Assembly (NCBI GenBank): GCA_902517885.1
Contig: CABYDZ010000001.1
Span: forward strand, 48,567-112,566
Source of the DNA: an uncultured Pelagibacteraceae bacterium
Lineage (GTDB): Bacteria; Pseudomonadota; Alphaproteobacteria; Pelagibacterales; AG-422-B15
Direction of reading: 5' to 3'
DNA length: 64,000 nt
Part shown: piece after piece, positions 21,523 to 30,779 of the stretch
Layout: each line of letters starts with the position of its first letter
How positions within the stretch are numbered: position 1 is the stretch's first letter
Notes under the pieces: generated by a model
Seen by the model: only the letters and a program-made list of their open reading frames with translations
What the model was told of the DNA's origin: nothing
Database searches by the model: none
Position numbers and translations under genes: made by a program

Positions 21523-22770
21523 TTATCCAAGCCTCATGTTATCTATACCGACGATCTTATTATAAAGCCAATAAACTATTAAAACGGCCACCAATAAAAC
21601 AGCTGCCATTGCAGTTGCTAGAGACCAATCAAGTGATTGCTGCATGTGATAAGCAATTCTATTACTAATTAATGTTCCCTTAGCACCCCCAACTAATGCA
21701 GGAGTGATATAATATCCAATAGAAAGAACAAAAACTAAAATTGAACCTGCACTTATACCAGCATATGTGAGCGGGAAGTAAATTTTTCTGAATGCAAGGA
21801 AAGGAGTAGCCCCCATCGAAGTTGCAGCTCTCATTAGACTTGGTGGTATAGTTTTCATAACGCTATAAAGTGGAAGAACCATAAATGGTAAAAGTATTTG
21901 TGTCATCGCGATAAATGTGCCGGTCATGTTGTACATTAATTCAAGCCTTCCTTCATCTGCAACGATACCGAGAGAAACAAGAGTATCATTTAAGACCCCC
22001 TGTTTTTGGAGCAGGACCATCCAACTAGATGTACGCACAAGCAAGGAAGTCCAAAACGGAAGCAGTACGCAGATCATTAGTAAATTTGAATATCGAGTTG
22101 GTAAAACGGAAAGTAAATGTGATATAGGGTATGCAAGTAAGAAACAGCAGAACGTGACACCAGCTGCAACAAAAATAGTTCTTAACCAGAGAGTAACATT
22201 TATTCGTTTCTTTTCAGGTATTCGTTCAATCGAGCCATCAAATTTTTGCTCATAGTCAAACGTTGTTAAATATTTTCGGAAATGATAAGCATCTGTACCT
22301 CTTTTTAATGCCAGCCAATACTCGATGTCACCCCACTTTTTATGAACATTAATAAACTGATCTAGAAAATTTCCATTTTCATCAAAATCTTTAAGTTTTC
22401 TGGCTGTCTTTTTTATAAGGCTTGTAAACCCACCTTTTTCATAATTGAGTCTTGTAGCTATTTTGCCGTGATTTTTTTCTTCCACCAATCCTTTAAGTTC
22501 ATAAAAAAAAGTTGAGGTTACGTCTTCCCCAGGCATTTCAGTCCCATCCCAAATTTGCATAACTTCGTGAGTCTCACTTAAAAATTCATTCATTTGAACG
22601 TTATCGACACTTCGCCCAAGCATTTGAAATATTGGAATCACATAGGCAAAAACGATAAAAAACAGTAATGGCGCAGCCAATAAGAAGGCTGTTGTTCGTC
22701 GTCGTCGTTCAACTTTTCTGAGTTTTACAGAGAGGAGCTCTCCATCTGATGTTCTAATTTCTGCTGACAT
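21523..22770 (-). CDS. potB: Polyamine-type ABC transporter permease (PotB-like, large periplasmic loop)
   Basis: LPFWTSLLVR, LLPFMVLPLY, GYYITPALVGG. Confidence 0.87.
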   Translation of the reverse strand: MSAEIRTSDGELLSVKLRKVERRRRTTAFLLAAPLLFFIVFAYVIPIFQMLGRSVDNVQMNEFLSETHEVMQIWDGTEMPGEDVTSTFFYELKGLVEEKNHGKIATRLNYEKGGFTSLIKKTARKLKDFDENGNFLDQFINVHKKWGDIEYWLALKRGTDAYHFRKYLTTFDYEQKFDGSIERIPEKKRINVTLWLRTIFVAAGVTFCCFLLAYPISHLLSVLPTRYSNLLMICVLLPFWTSLLVRTSSWMVLLQKQGVLNDTLVSLGIVADEGRLELMYNMTGTFIAMTQILLPFMVLPLYSVMKTIPPSLMRAATSMGATPFLAFRKIYFPLTYAGISAGSILVFVLSIGYYITPALVGGAKGTLISNRIAYHMQQSLDWSLATAMAAVLLVAVLIVYWLYNKIVGIDNMRLG

Positions 22771-22797
22771 TAAGTATGAGGATACTTAATTTAAAGG

Positions 22798-22825
22798 ACT
22801 TGGGCAACCCATAGGTTGCCCAAGT
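22798..22825 (-). terminator. Perfect 12-bp stem-loop between potD and potB (terminator or mRNA stabiliser)
   Basis: ACTTGGGCAACC-CATA-GGTTGCCCAAGT; only a short U-run follows on the minus strand. Confidence 0.7.
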
Positions 22826-22834
22826 TTTAGTCTT

Positions 22835-23956
22835 TTATAAGTTAGCTTTCCAAGCTTCCCATGCGTCGTTGATATCAGTATTGTTATCAGCGTACCACTC
22901 TGGGTTCATAAGAACATAGTTCTTAGTGTTTGCTGGAGCTGTAGGCATGTGAGGCATAATCTCAACTGCACCTGCTTGAGGTGAATTAAACCAAGGCTCA
23001 TCAGCCATGATTATGTCTAGAGATGAGATTCTGAAAGGTGCGTAAGCGATATGCTTTGCACTTCCAGCCAATCCTTCAGAGCTTGTGAAGTATTTTAATG
23101 CTTCCATTGCTTCAGCTTGGTTAGGACCACCTTTTACAAGTACGAAGTACTCATAATCAAGAATTTGACCATCCCAAACCATTTTCATTGGTGAACCTTC
23201 GTTCACAATGGCGTTGAAATGACGTCCGTTCCAACCAGTAGCCATGATAGCTTCACCAGAAACTAACTGCTCAGGTGGTTGTGCACCAGCAGACCAGAAT
23301 ATGCAACCACCATTAGGGTCGTTACAAAGTTCTGAAAGCTTATCAAGAGCTCTATCGATTCCATTTTCTTCCATGTAGTCATACACGTCAGCTCCTGGAA
23401 CACCATCTGCAACTAATGCAAACTCGAGGTTTGACATTGCAGAGCTATATAGAGATCTTACTCCTGGATATTTGCTTGGATTGAAGAAGTCTTCCATTGA
23501 ATCAGGATAACTTCCGTCAAAATTTATGTTATCAGTGTTGTAAGCGTAGTTCCATGAGTAAAGAATGTTACCCACAGCACAGTCACTAGGCATTGGAGCA
23601 AAGAAGTCATCACTTGCTTTCATACCGTTTACACCTGCTGGGAAGTCATTGTCGAAATCAAATTCTACAAACAATCCTTCGTCACAACCGATAATTGTAT
23701 CACGTGCATACACATCGATGATGTCCCAAGTAATTGCTCCAGACTCGACTTGAGCTTTAATTTCACTCAAACCTCCACTGTAGTCGATCCAGTTTACTTG
23801 AACGCCACTCTTCTCTTGATATGGGTCCCCGTAACCTAGTTTTTGACTTTCCGTATATGCGCCACCCCAAGATACTACATTTACTTCCGCAGCTGTAGCC
23901 ATTGTAGGTGCCACTAATAAAGCAGCCAAAGACATTATTTTTGTTAATCTTAACAT
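22835..23956 (-). CDS. potD: Polyamine-type ABC transporter substrate-binding protein (PotD/F-like)
   Basis: Signal peptide (ATA-AE), VSWGGAY, YSGGLSEIKAQVESGAITWD, QLVSGE, WNGR. Confidence 0.8.
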   Translation of the reverse strand: MLRLTKIMSLAALLVAPTMATAAEVNVVSWGGAYTESQKLGYGDPYQEKSGVQVNWIDYSGGLSEIKAQVESGAITWDIIDVYARDTIIGCDEGLFVEFDFDNDFPAGVNGMKASDDFFAPMPSDCAVGNILYSWNYAYNTDNINFDGSYPDSMEDFFNPSKYPGVRSLYSSAMSNLEFALVADGVPGADVYDYMEENGIDRALDKLSELCNDPNGGCIFWSAGAQPPEQLVSGEAIMATGWNGRHFNAIVNEGSPMKMVWDGQILDYEYFVLVKGGPNQAEAMEALKYFTSSEGLAGSAKHIAYAPFRISSLDIIMADEPWFNSPQAGAVEIMPHMPTAPANTKNYVLMNPEWYADNNTDINDAWEAWKANL

Positions 23957-24078
23957 GATTAATCGTCTCCTTTTTTTATATAAAGAAGATATTACATAGG
24001 GGCTTTAACAAAAACGCAACAAAAAAAGGTAAATTTTTTCAATATTTTAGGATTGAATCTATATGTAGTATCAAAGGT

Positions 24079-25167
24079 TTAGTAATCTAGTGCTCGACAG
24101 TCCTGAGAAGACCAACCTAAATTTACTTTGTCACCAAGATTAAGCTTTGAATTACTACTCGCATTTGGAACTTTAAGAATAAAATCATCATTGCCCAGCA
24201 AATTCACACGTACTCTTGTATGATCTCCATGGTAAATGATTTCTTTTATTTCAGCTTCAAATCGATTTTCAATTTGCTCAGTCGGATTTATGTTAACCCT
24301 TTCAGGTCGAAGTGAAATCCTTGATTTTTCACCAGCAGAGGATACTGCTATTGGGTTCGCTAATATTATCTCGCCTGTACTTGTCTCAACTTTTGCAGAA
24401 CCAGATGCTAGTTCTTTTACAGTTCCAGTAAAAGTATTGTTTTCCCCAATAAAGCCAGCAACAAAAGAATTAACTGGTGTCTCGTATAATTCATTGGGAC
24501 CAGAAAGCTGCTGCACCTTACCATCATTAAAGACGGCAATTCTGTTTGACATTGTTAATGCTTCACCTTGATCGTGTGTAACATATACGACCGTAACACC
24601 CAATGTTTCATGAATATGTTTTAATTCGTATTGCATGCTCTCACGCAAGTTTTTGTCTAACGCACCTAAAGGTTCATCCATTAAAACTAATTTAGGATCA
24701 AATACTAATGCTCTCGCAACAGCGACACGTTGCTGTTGACCGCCAGACAGTTGAGCAGGCATTCTGTTTTCAAAGCCCGTTAGTGAAACCATTTTTAGGG
24801 TCTTATTTATACGCTCTTCTATTTCTGCCTTATCAATTTTTCTAACCTTTAATGGAAATGCTAAATTTTCAAATACTGAAAGGTGAGGGAAAAGAGCGTA
24901 GTTTTGAAAAACCATACCAATGCCTCTTTTGTGAGGAGGTATGTTATTAATTGGGTTTCCATCAAAATAAATTTCTCCATTAGTAGGCGTCTCAAAGCCT
25001 GCAAGCATCATTAATGTAGTTGTTTTACCTGAACCTGATGGCCCTAATAAAGTTAGAAACTCCCCTTCAGCAATATCAAGGTCTAGACCTTTTACGACCA
25101 GTTCTTTACCGTCGTAACTTTTGTCAACTTGTTCAAATTTAACGAAATCTGACTTTTTTCCACTCAT
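24079..25167 (-). CDS. potA: Polyamine-type ABC transporter ATPase (PotA-like, C-terminal TOBE)
   Basis: GPSGSGKT, LSGGQQQR, LMDEPLGALD. Confidence 0.92.
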   Translation of the reverse strand: MSGKKSDFVKFEQVDKSYDGKELVVKGLDLDIAEGEFLTLLGPSGSGKTTTLMMLAGFETPTNGEIYFDGNPINNIPPHKRGIGMVFQNYALFPHLSVFENLAFPLKVRKIDKAEIEERINKTLKMVSLTGFENRMPAQLSGGQQQRVAVARALVFDPKLVLMDEPLGALDKNLRESMQYELKHIHETLGVTVVYVTHDQGEALTMSNRIAVFNDGKVQQLSGPNELYETPVNSFVAGFIGENNTFTGTVKELASGSAKVETSTGEIILANPIAVSSAGEKSRISLRPERVNINPTEQIENRFEAEIKEIIYHGDHTRVRVNLLGNDDFILKVPNASSNSKLNLGDKVNLGWSSQDCRALDY

Positions 25168-25285
25168 GATTTCAGACTAAGGTAAAAATAGTTGGGAATC
25201 TAGGGTTATTTACACTAAATTAATTATAGATAAAAATTATAATAAAGTTCGTTAATTAGCCAAAACAAGATATTACAAAATATAA

Positions 25286-26719
25286 ATGAAAAAATATCAA
25301 CACTACATAAATGGAGAGTGGATTGACTCCAAAGGAAATGAAGTTATTGCCGTTGTCAATCCAGCGACAGAAGAAGTAATAGGAGAAATTTCAGCTGCTA
25401 ATAAAGATGACATTGATCTAGCTGTTGCAGCTGCAAAAGCAGCTTATGATTCACGAGTGCTTGTCGATATGAATCCAATGGAGAGAGCAAAGTTAATGCG
25501 CGGCATCGCAGATGAATTAAGAAAGATCAGCAAAGATGGTGGTGCACTACTATGTGCAGAGAATGGAAAATTGCTAGGTGCATCTGAGTATGAGTTTTTG
25601 GACGCCGCAAACTATTTTGACTATTACAGTGGATTGACTGACAAAATTGAAGGTCAAACTATACCAGTGAACAATCAGGTCATGGATTATACCTTGTATG
25701 AACCTTATGGTGTTTCAGGTCATATTGTGCCTTGGAACTTTCCTATTTCAATGTTGGCACGTTCTCTAGCCTGTTCATTTGCCGCGGGAAATTCAACAGT
25801 TATAAAACCAGCTGAGCTAACTCCTCTAGCAACCACTTCTTTTTTTGCACAGGCTATTCACAATGCAGGCGTACCGAAGGGACTTGTTAATATAGTAACT
25901 GGATACGGCGTTGAAGCTGGAGCTGCATTGACATCACATGATGATGTTGCTCAAATCACTTTCACTGGTTCTGTGAAAACGGGAAAGACAATACTTCATG
26001 CTGCTGCAGAAAGAGCTGTGCCAGCAGTAGTAGAGCTAGGTGGTAAATCAGCTGCCGTTGTTTTGCCAGACGCTGATATAGATAAAGTTGTTAACGCAAC
26101 AAAAGTTGGAATATTTAGTCAAGCCGGACAAATATGTTCAGCAATGTCACGCATGATCGTTCATAAATCTATAAAAGATGAGGTATTAGATAAGCTATCA
26201 GAATTAGCCAAATCGATAAAAGTTGGACCAGGCAATGAGGAAGGCGTTGATCTCACACCTGTAATATCAGAAGAACAACTTCAAAAAGTAGAAAACTATG
26301 CAAGATCAGGTTTACAAGCTGGAGCGACAGCAATATCTGGAGGTCATCGAGTTGATCGTAAAGGATATTTCTTTGAGCCAACAATTTATGCTGATGTGAA
26401 GCCTGATATGACCATTGCTCAAGAAGAAATTTTTGGTCCATTCTTATCCGTGCTGGAATACGAAGATCACGAAGAAGCAGTTCATATTGCAAATGATACA
26501 GACTATGGTTTAGCGGCTGGCGTATTTACTAAAGATGTTGATATGGCAACGAAAACAGCAGCTAAGCTTAATGGCGGACAAGTTTATGTGAACAGTTGGT
26601 TTACGGGAAGTATCGCAACTCCTTTTGGAGGGTATAAGCAATCAGGGTATAGTCGTGAAAAAGGTCAGCAAGCTATAAAGAGCTATTTGCAACTAAAAAA
26701 TGTTGGAATTCAACTTTAA
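25286..26719 (+). CDS. NAD(P)-dependent aldehyde dehydrogenase
   Basis: PWNFP, FTGS, ELGGK, GQICSA, EEIFGP, PFGGYKQSG. Confidence 0.95.
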   Translation: MKKYQHYINGEWIDSKGNEVIAVVNPATEEVIGEISAANKDDIDLAVAAAKAAYDSRVLVDMNPMERAKLMRGIADELRKISKDGGALLCAENGKLLGASEYEFLDAANYFDYYSGLTDKIEGQTIPVNNQVMDYTLYEPYGVSGHIVPWNFPISMLARSLACSFAAGNSTVIKPAELTPLATTSFFAQAIHNAGVPKGLVNIVTGYGVEAGAALTSHDDVAQITFTGSVKTGKTILHAAAERAVPAVVELGGKSAAVVLPDADIDKVVNATKVGIFSQAGQICSAMSRMIVHKSIKDEVLDKLSELAKSIKVGPGNEEGVDLTPVISEEQLQKVENYARSGLQAGATAISGGHRVDRKGYFFEPTIYADVKPDMTIAQEEIFGPFLSVLEYEDHEEAVHIANDTDYGLAAGVFTKDVDMATKTAAKLNGGQVYVNSWFTGSIATPFGGYKQSGYSREKGQQAIKSYLQLKNVGIQL

Positions 26720-27334
26720 TTAATCATTATCTTCAAGACCAGCTCCAGCAGCTGTGCTCTTTAATTTTTCATTTTCTTCAACAAAGGTATCTGTTGATAA
26801 TTTATACAACTCATCCCAAACCTCTTGAGAGAACGAATCCTCATTTTCAATAACTTCTATTTTAACGTTTTTTGTATTTTCTAATATCAATGAATTAATA
26901 TCACTATTACTAAACATGTACTTGTCTAAATTAAATTTAAACTTGTAATCGTCAATCTCAATGCTGACTCTTTTCCCAATAAGAAATGAAAGTCTACTTA
27001 TGAAAGGGATCATAAGAAGAGGGAAGTTAACATTATAAAAATTAATTTCTTTTAAAATTTCTATATTTTTGAAATCATCTATCAGACTGACTCCTGTCAG
27101 AATAGGGCAAAGACTTTCATTATCTATTTTGTTTTGGGACTTTATACCATTAGGACCAATTGGTGTTTTAGTTTTTATGACGCTTAAATAGGATTTTAAA
27201 TTTTCAATACCAGCAATTCCTATTAATTCTAATACATCAATATTTTTTCCAACTTCCTCAGCTACGCCCCATGAGTATCCTGCAGCTTTAGTAGCTCTTT
27301 TTGAAACTGTAATGATTTCACTCGAAGACCTCAT
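26720..27334 (-). CDS. DUF3726-family protein
   Basis: MRSSSEI...KRATKAAGYSWGVAEE, CPILTG, C-terminal AGAGLEDND. Confidence 0.75.
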   Translation of the reverse strand: MRSSSEIITVSKRATKAAGYSWGVAEEVGKNIDVLELIGIAGIENLKSYLSVIKTKTPIGPNGIKSQNKIDNESLCPILTGVSLIDDFKNIEILKEINFYNVNFPLLMIPFISRLSFLIGKRVSIEIDDYKFKFNLDKYMFSNSDINSLILENTKNVKIEVIENEDSFSQEVWDELYKLSTDTFVEENEKLKSTAAGAGLEDND

Positions 27335-27338
27335 GAAA

Positions 27339-28997
27339 TTATGAATAGATCCATCTGTCGTTAGTTTGACTTATCTCATTCATCAGAGGAGCTCCTTGAT
27401 ACATGCATATTCTCAGCCATTTATCAGAACGAGGATCAAATTTTTGTGCCCCAAAAAAAGATAACTTTAATCTCAGCATATCAATGGGCATTAAATTTGA
27501 ACCGATCGAATTATCTTGAATTTCTGAATATGGTAACTTCTCAGCTATAAAGCATCTTCTTACCACATGTCTTAAATCGCTATTTTTCCTTAAAAACTCT
27601 GATAAAATTTGGTCTTCAGGAACATCCAAAATACGATAATACAAATCATTTATATCACGAGCGATGGCAAGAGGCTGTTCCAACTCAGATCCTTCGTCAT
27701 CAAACCTGTTTGCTAACCTTGGCTCCTCTTTATTTTTTGAGATAAACCAGAATTTTTCATTTGGCTCATTTTTTGAGAAATCAATCTCGATAATATCTTT
27801 GTAACCTCGAGAAATTATATTCTTTAATTCACTTAATTTTTTGTAAGTTGGTATATTGAAATATAAATCTTCATTGGAACTCATATTTGATATTAAAGGG
27901 TTAATAATTGAGTCGTAAGGTTCCATCATTAGCGAAACGATAAATTCAATACCTTCAAAACTTAAATGTTTTTCAATCCATGTATAAAGATGATCCCAAA
28001 GATTCTCTTTATCTACAGATAAGGTTGGAAGATATTCACTTTCAAATTTTTCAATATCATTCCTTAAATCTTTTATTTTTTTTATTTGATACTCGCTTTC
28101 TGTTTCCCAAGTACTAATCATATTTTTAGAAAGCTTGAGACATTCCTTAAATACATTTAATTCACTTGCCTTAACTTTACTTATTTCTCTAATTTGTTTT
28201 AACGCTTCTTCTTTAGCAAAAATCCACTGATGCAACAGAGATGGATGATTAATAATAAAAGGAGCCATACCAAGTCCTGTTGAATTTCCTATTCCAAGTT
28301 TACGTGCTATTGACAGATCAAGTGTGACAGCCAATATAGGATTCTTCTTTTTAGCAATGTGATTAACTTGGTCAAAAGTAAACTGACGCACTAAATAAAC
28401 CAACATCATTTCAAGTCGAAAAGGACCATTAATTTCTTTACGGTCTTTAATTCTATATCGATCAGCTAATCCAAATTTGCCAGATCCATAAACCGCTGTG
28501 GTTCTATAGAGGTAGCCAACTTTTTTTATCAAAGATAAATCAGGTTGAACTCCCTTTGATAGTTTTTCAACAACATGATTAAAAATTCTTACAGACTTAT
28601 TTGCTCTCGATAATGTTAACTCTTTATAACTGCATCGGCCAACTTCTTGCTTAGGAACATTCAATTTTAATCTTTGAATATCTTTTTCTGTTGGTATTCC
28701 ATCGTGAAGAACAAATGCTGCATCCCACTTCGTAGCAATTACTCTGTCGGACCTTTCTGAAGCATCAAGCTCATTAGCAAAGCAAATCAATGAATAGGTT
28801 CGACTATCTTTATTTACTGAATAAACAGCAGTTCCAAAACCTTGTTCATCAAGATCAAATAAATCACATTTAAATGTCCAACTTTTAAATTCTCTCACAA
28901 AACTTCTCAGAAAAGATAGCTTTGTTTGATGAAAGGAGCCTAATCGCTTAAGTGTCATGACTTCATGAGGATCGCGGTGCTTAATTTGATTATGCAT
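27339..28997 (-). CDS. Conserved hypothetical protein (552 aa)
   Basis: Long ORF overlapping the dipeptidase stop by 1 bp; conserved-looking blocks RSDRVIA, GYLYRTTAVYGSGKFGLADR, GIGNSTGLGMAPF, FDPRSDKW. Confidence 0.8.
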   Translation of the reverse strand: MHNQIKHRDPHEVMTLKRLGSFHQTKLSFLRSFVREFKSWTFKCDLFDLDEQGFGTAVYSVNKDSRTYSLICFANELDASERSDRVIATKWDAAFVLHDGIPTEKDIQRLKLNVPKQEVGRCSYKELTLSRANKSVRIFNHVVEKLSKGVQPDLSLIKKVGYLYRTTAVYGSGKFGLADRYRIKDRKEINGPFRLEMMLVYLVRQFTFDQVNHIAKKKNPILAVTLDLSIARKLGIGNSTGLGMAPFIINHPSLLHQWIFAKEEALKQIREISKVKASELNVFKECLKLSKNMISTWETESEYQIKKIKDLRNDIEKFESEYLPTLSVDKENLWDHLYTWIEKHLSFEGIEFIVSLMMEPYDSIINPLISNMSSNEDLYFNIPTYKKLSELKNIISRGYKDIIEIDFSKNEPNEKFWFISKNKEEPRLANRFDDEGSELEQPLAIARDINDLYYRILDVPEDQILSEFLRKNSDLRHVVRRCFIAEKLPYSEIQDNSIGSNLMPIDMLRLKLSFFGAQKFDPRSDKWLRICMYQGAPLMNEISQTNDRWIYS

Positions 28998-29968
28998 TAA
29001 TGAATATTCTCTCTATAAAAATTAAACCAGTTGTCACCTAATATTGCATCTACTTCTTTATTATCAAAGCCAACTTCTTTTAAGCCTGATTCAAGATTGT
29101 TAAACCCTAAAGTATTTTTAAACCAATCCGGCTGTCTTGGAAATGCCGCATCAGTTTTCGACCCTTCTCCATAATCCTTAGTTTTCGTCCAAGTCCCATT
29201 TCTCATCCACTCAACAACAGAGTCAGGTTGATCAAGACATAAATCTGATCCAATACCTACATGATCAATTCCCATTAGATCTACAGTCCTTGCAGTCATT
29301 TCACAAAAACTTTTCAGAGTGCAATTAGTTCCTCCAAGAAGATGGTGAGGATAGAGTGAAAGACCTATGATGCCTTTTGACTGACTAAGTGCTTTTAATA
29401 TTTCATTTGATTTATTTCTCCTAGCTGGATGCCAAAAGGATGGATTGGCATGGGTGATAGCAATGGGCTTTTCTGAAATTTTTATCGCATCTAGCGTTGA
29501 TTGCTCAGCTGAGTGCGACATATCCACAACGATACCAACTCTATTCATTTCCTTAATGACTTCTCTGCCCATTCGAGTAACACCACTATCGTTATCTTCA
29601 TAACAACCTGTTGCGAGTAGAGATTGATTATTGTAGGTGAGCTGCATAAAAACTGCTCCCAGATCATGTACGGATTTAACAAGACCAATATCATCTTCAA
29701 TGGGTGAGCAATTTTGAAAGCCAAAAAAAACTGCAGTTTTATTTTCCTCTTTTGCTCTTTCTATATCTTCGTACGTTCTACCATGTATCAATAAATTATC
29801 AAATTCTTCAAAATACGTATTCCACCGCTCTACATTATTTTTTACTTCATCAAAATCTTCATGATAAGCAATGGTTACATGAATTGCATTTAAACCAGCT
29901 TCATTATTGATTTTAAAAATTTCTTCTGACCAATTACAATATTGTAAATTATCGATTCTATAGGTCAT
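28997..29968 (-). CDS. Membrane dipeptidase (M19)-like amidohydrolase
   Basis: MQLTYN, MNRVGIVVDMSH, THAN, HVGIGSD, ILGDNW. Confidence 0.87.
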   Translation of the reverse strand: MTYRIDNLQYCNWSEEIFKINNEAGLNAIHVTIAYHEDFDEVKNNVERWNTYFEEFDNLLIHGRTYEDIERAKEENKTAVFFGFQNCSPIEDDIGLVKSVHDLGAVFMQLTYNNQSLLATGCYEDNDSGVTRMGREVIKEMNRVGIVVDMSHSAEQSTLDAIKISEKPIAITHANPSFWHPARRNKSNEILKALSQSKGIIGLSLYPHHLLGGTNCTLKSFCEMTARTVDLMGIDHVGIGSDLCLDQPDSVVEWMRNGTWTKTKDYGEGSKTDAAFPRQPDWFKNTLGFNNLESGLKEVGFDNKEVDAILGDNWFNFYRENIH

Positions 29969-30177
29969 ATACTTCTAATTCATTGATCATTGTTTCTATT
30001 CATATACTATGAAAACGTTGAGAGGGAAACAATGCTAAGAAAATCGATTTTTGAGCAATTTTAATGTTTTTTTTCGCAAAACTGCGACAATTTTAGCCTC
30101 AATTCTCCTTCTGAACTTCTTTCTTTCTACATTTAAGATATTATATTTAATGAGAAACTAATTTTAAAAACTACATT

Positions 30178-30777
30178 ATGTACACGCCTATTAACCAATA
30201 TATTGAGAGACTGGAAAATATCTCTTTTGATGTTGATGAATTGAACAAAGCAGTATCTGAGCTTGTAAAGATCAGACCTTTTGAAAATGAAAACTTAAAA
30301 CCAGGTATGTTGAAGTCCAATGCAATCTGCTTGAACTATGATGAAAAGGAATTGGATGAATGGTTTGGGGGTAATATAAGAGGAAAATATTGGACAAAGC
30401 CTGATTCTTCTTTTGAGGAGATGGAACGTGAGCCATATATTGATGAAACGAGATATACATTATTCAATCCAAAACTAAACAATACTTACTTCAAATTTGT
30501 CTATGAAAAAATTAATGAGTTTTTTGAAGTAGGAAGATGCAGAGTTATTAAAATGCCTCCTAGAACGACTCTGAGTTGGCATCGTGATCCTGAGAAACGT
30601 ATTCACGTTGCCATCAAAACAAATTATGGTGCCAGGATGTTTATTGAGCATACGGGTCATCATATTCCTGCTGATGGAAATATTTATCTAACCGATAATA
30701 CTAAGTATCACACAGCCATCAATGGTGGTGAAGAAGATCGAATTCATTTAGTGGCGACCGTTTTAGGTACAAAGTAG
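30178..30777 (+). CDS. Asp/Asn beta-hydroxylase-like Fe(II)/2-oxoglutarate oxygenase
   Basis: Facial triad SWHRD...YHTAIN plus RIHVAIKTN and RIHLV. Confidence 0.75.
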   Translation: MYTPINQYIERLENISFDVDELNKAVSELVKIRPFENENLKPGMLKSNAICLNYDEKELDEWFGGNIRGKYWTKPDSSFEEMEREPYIDETRYTLFNPKLNNTYFKFVYEKINEFFEVGRCRVIKMPPRTTLSWHRDPEKRIHVAIKTNYGARMFIEHTGHHIPADGNIYLTDNTKYHTAINGGEEDRIHLVATVLGTK

Positions 30778-30779
30778 AT

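Noticed and set aside
29969-30177. Glycine or SAM riboswitch upstream of the dipeptidase operon
   Set aside because: Only fragments (GAAGGAGAA, CTCTCA) in an arrangement that gives no convincing aptamer stems; an Rfam cmscan would settle it.
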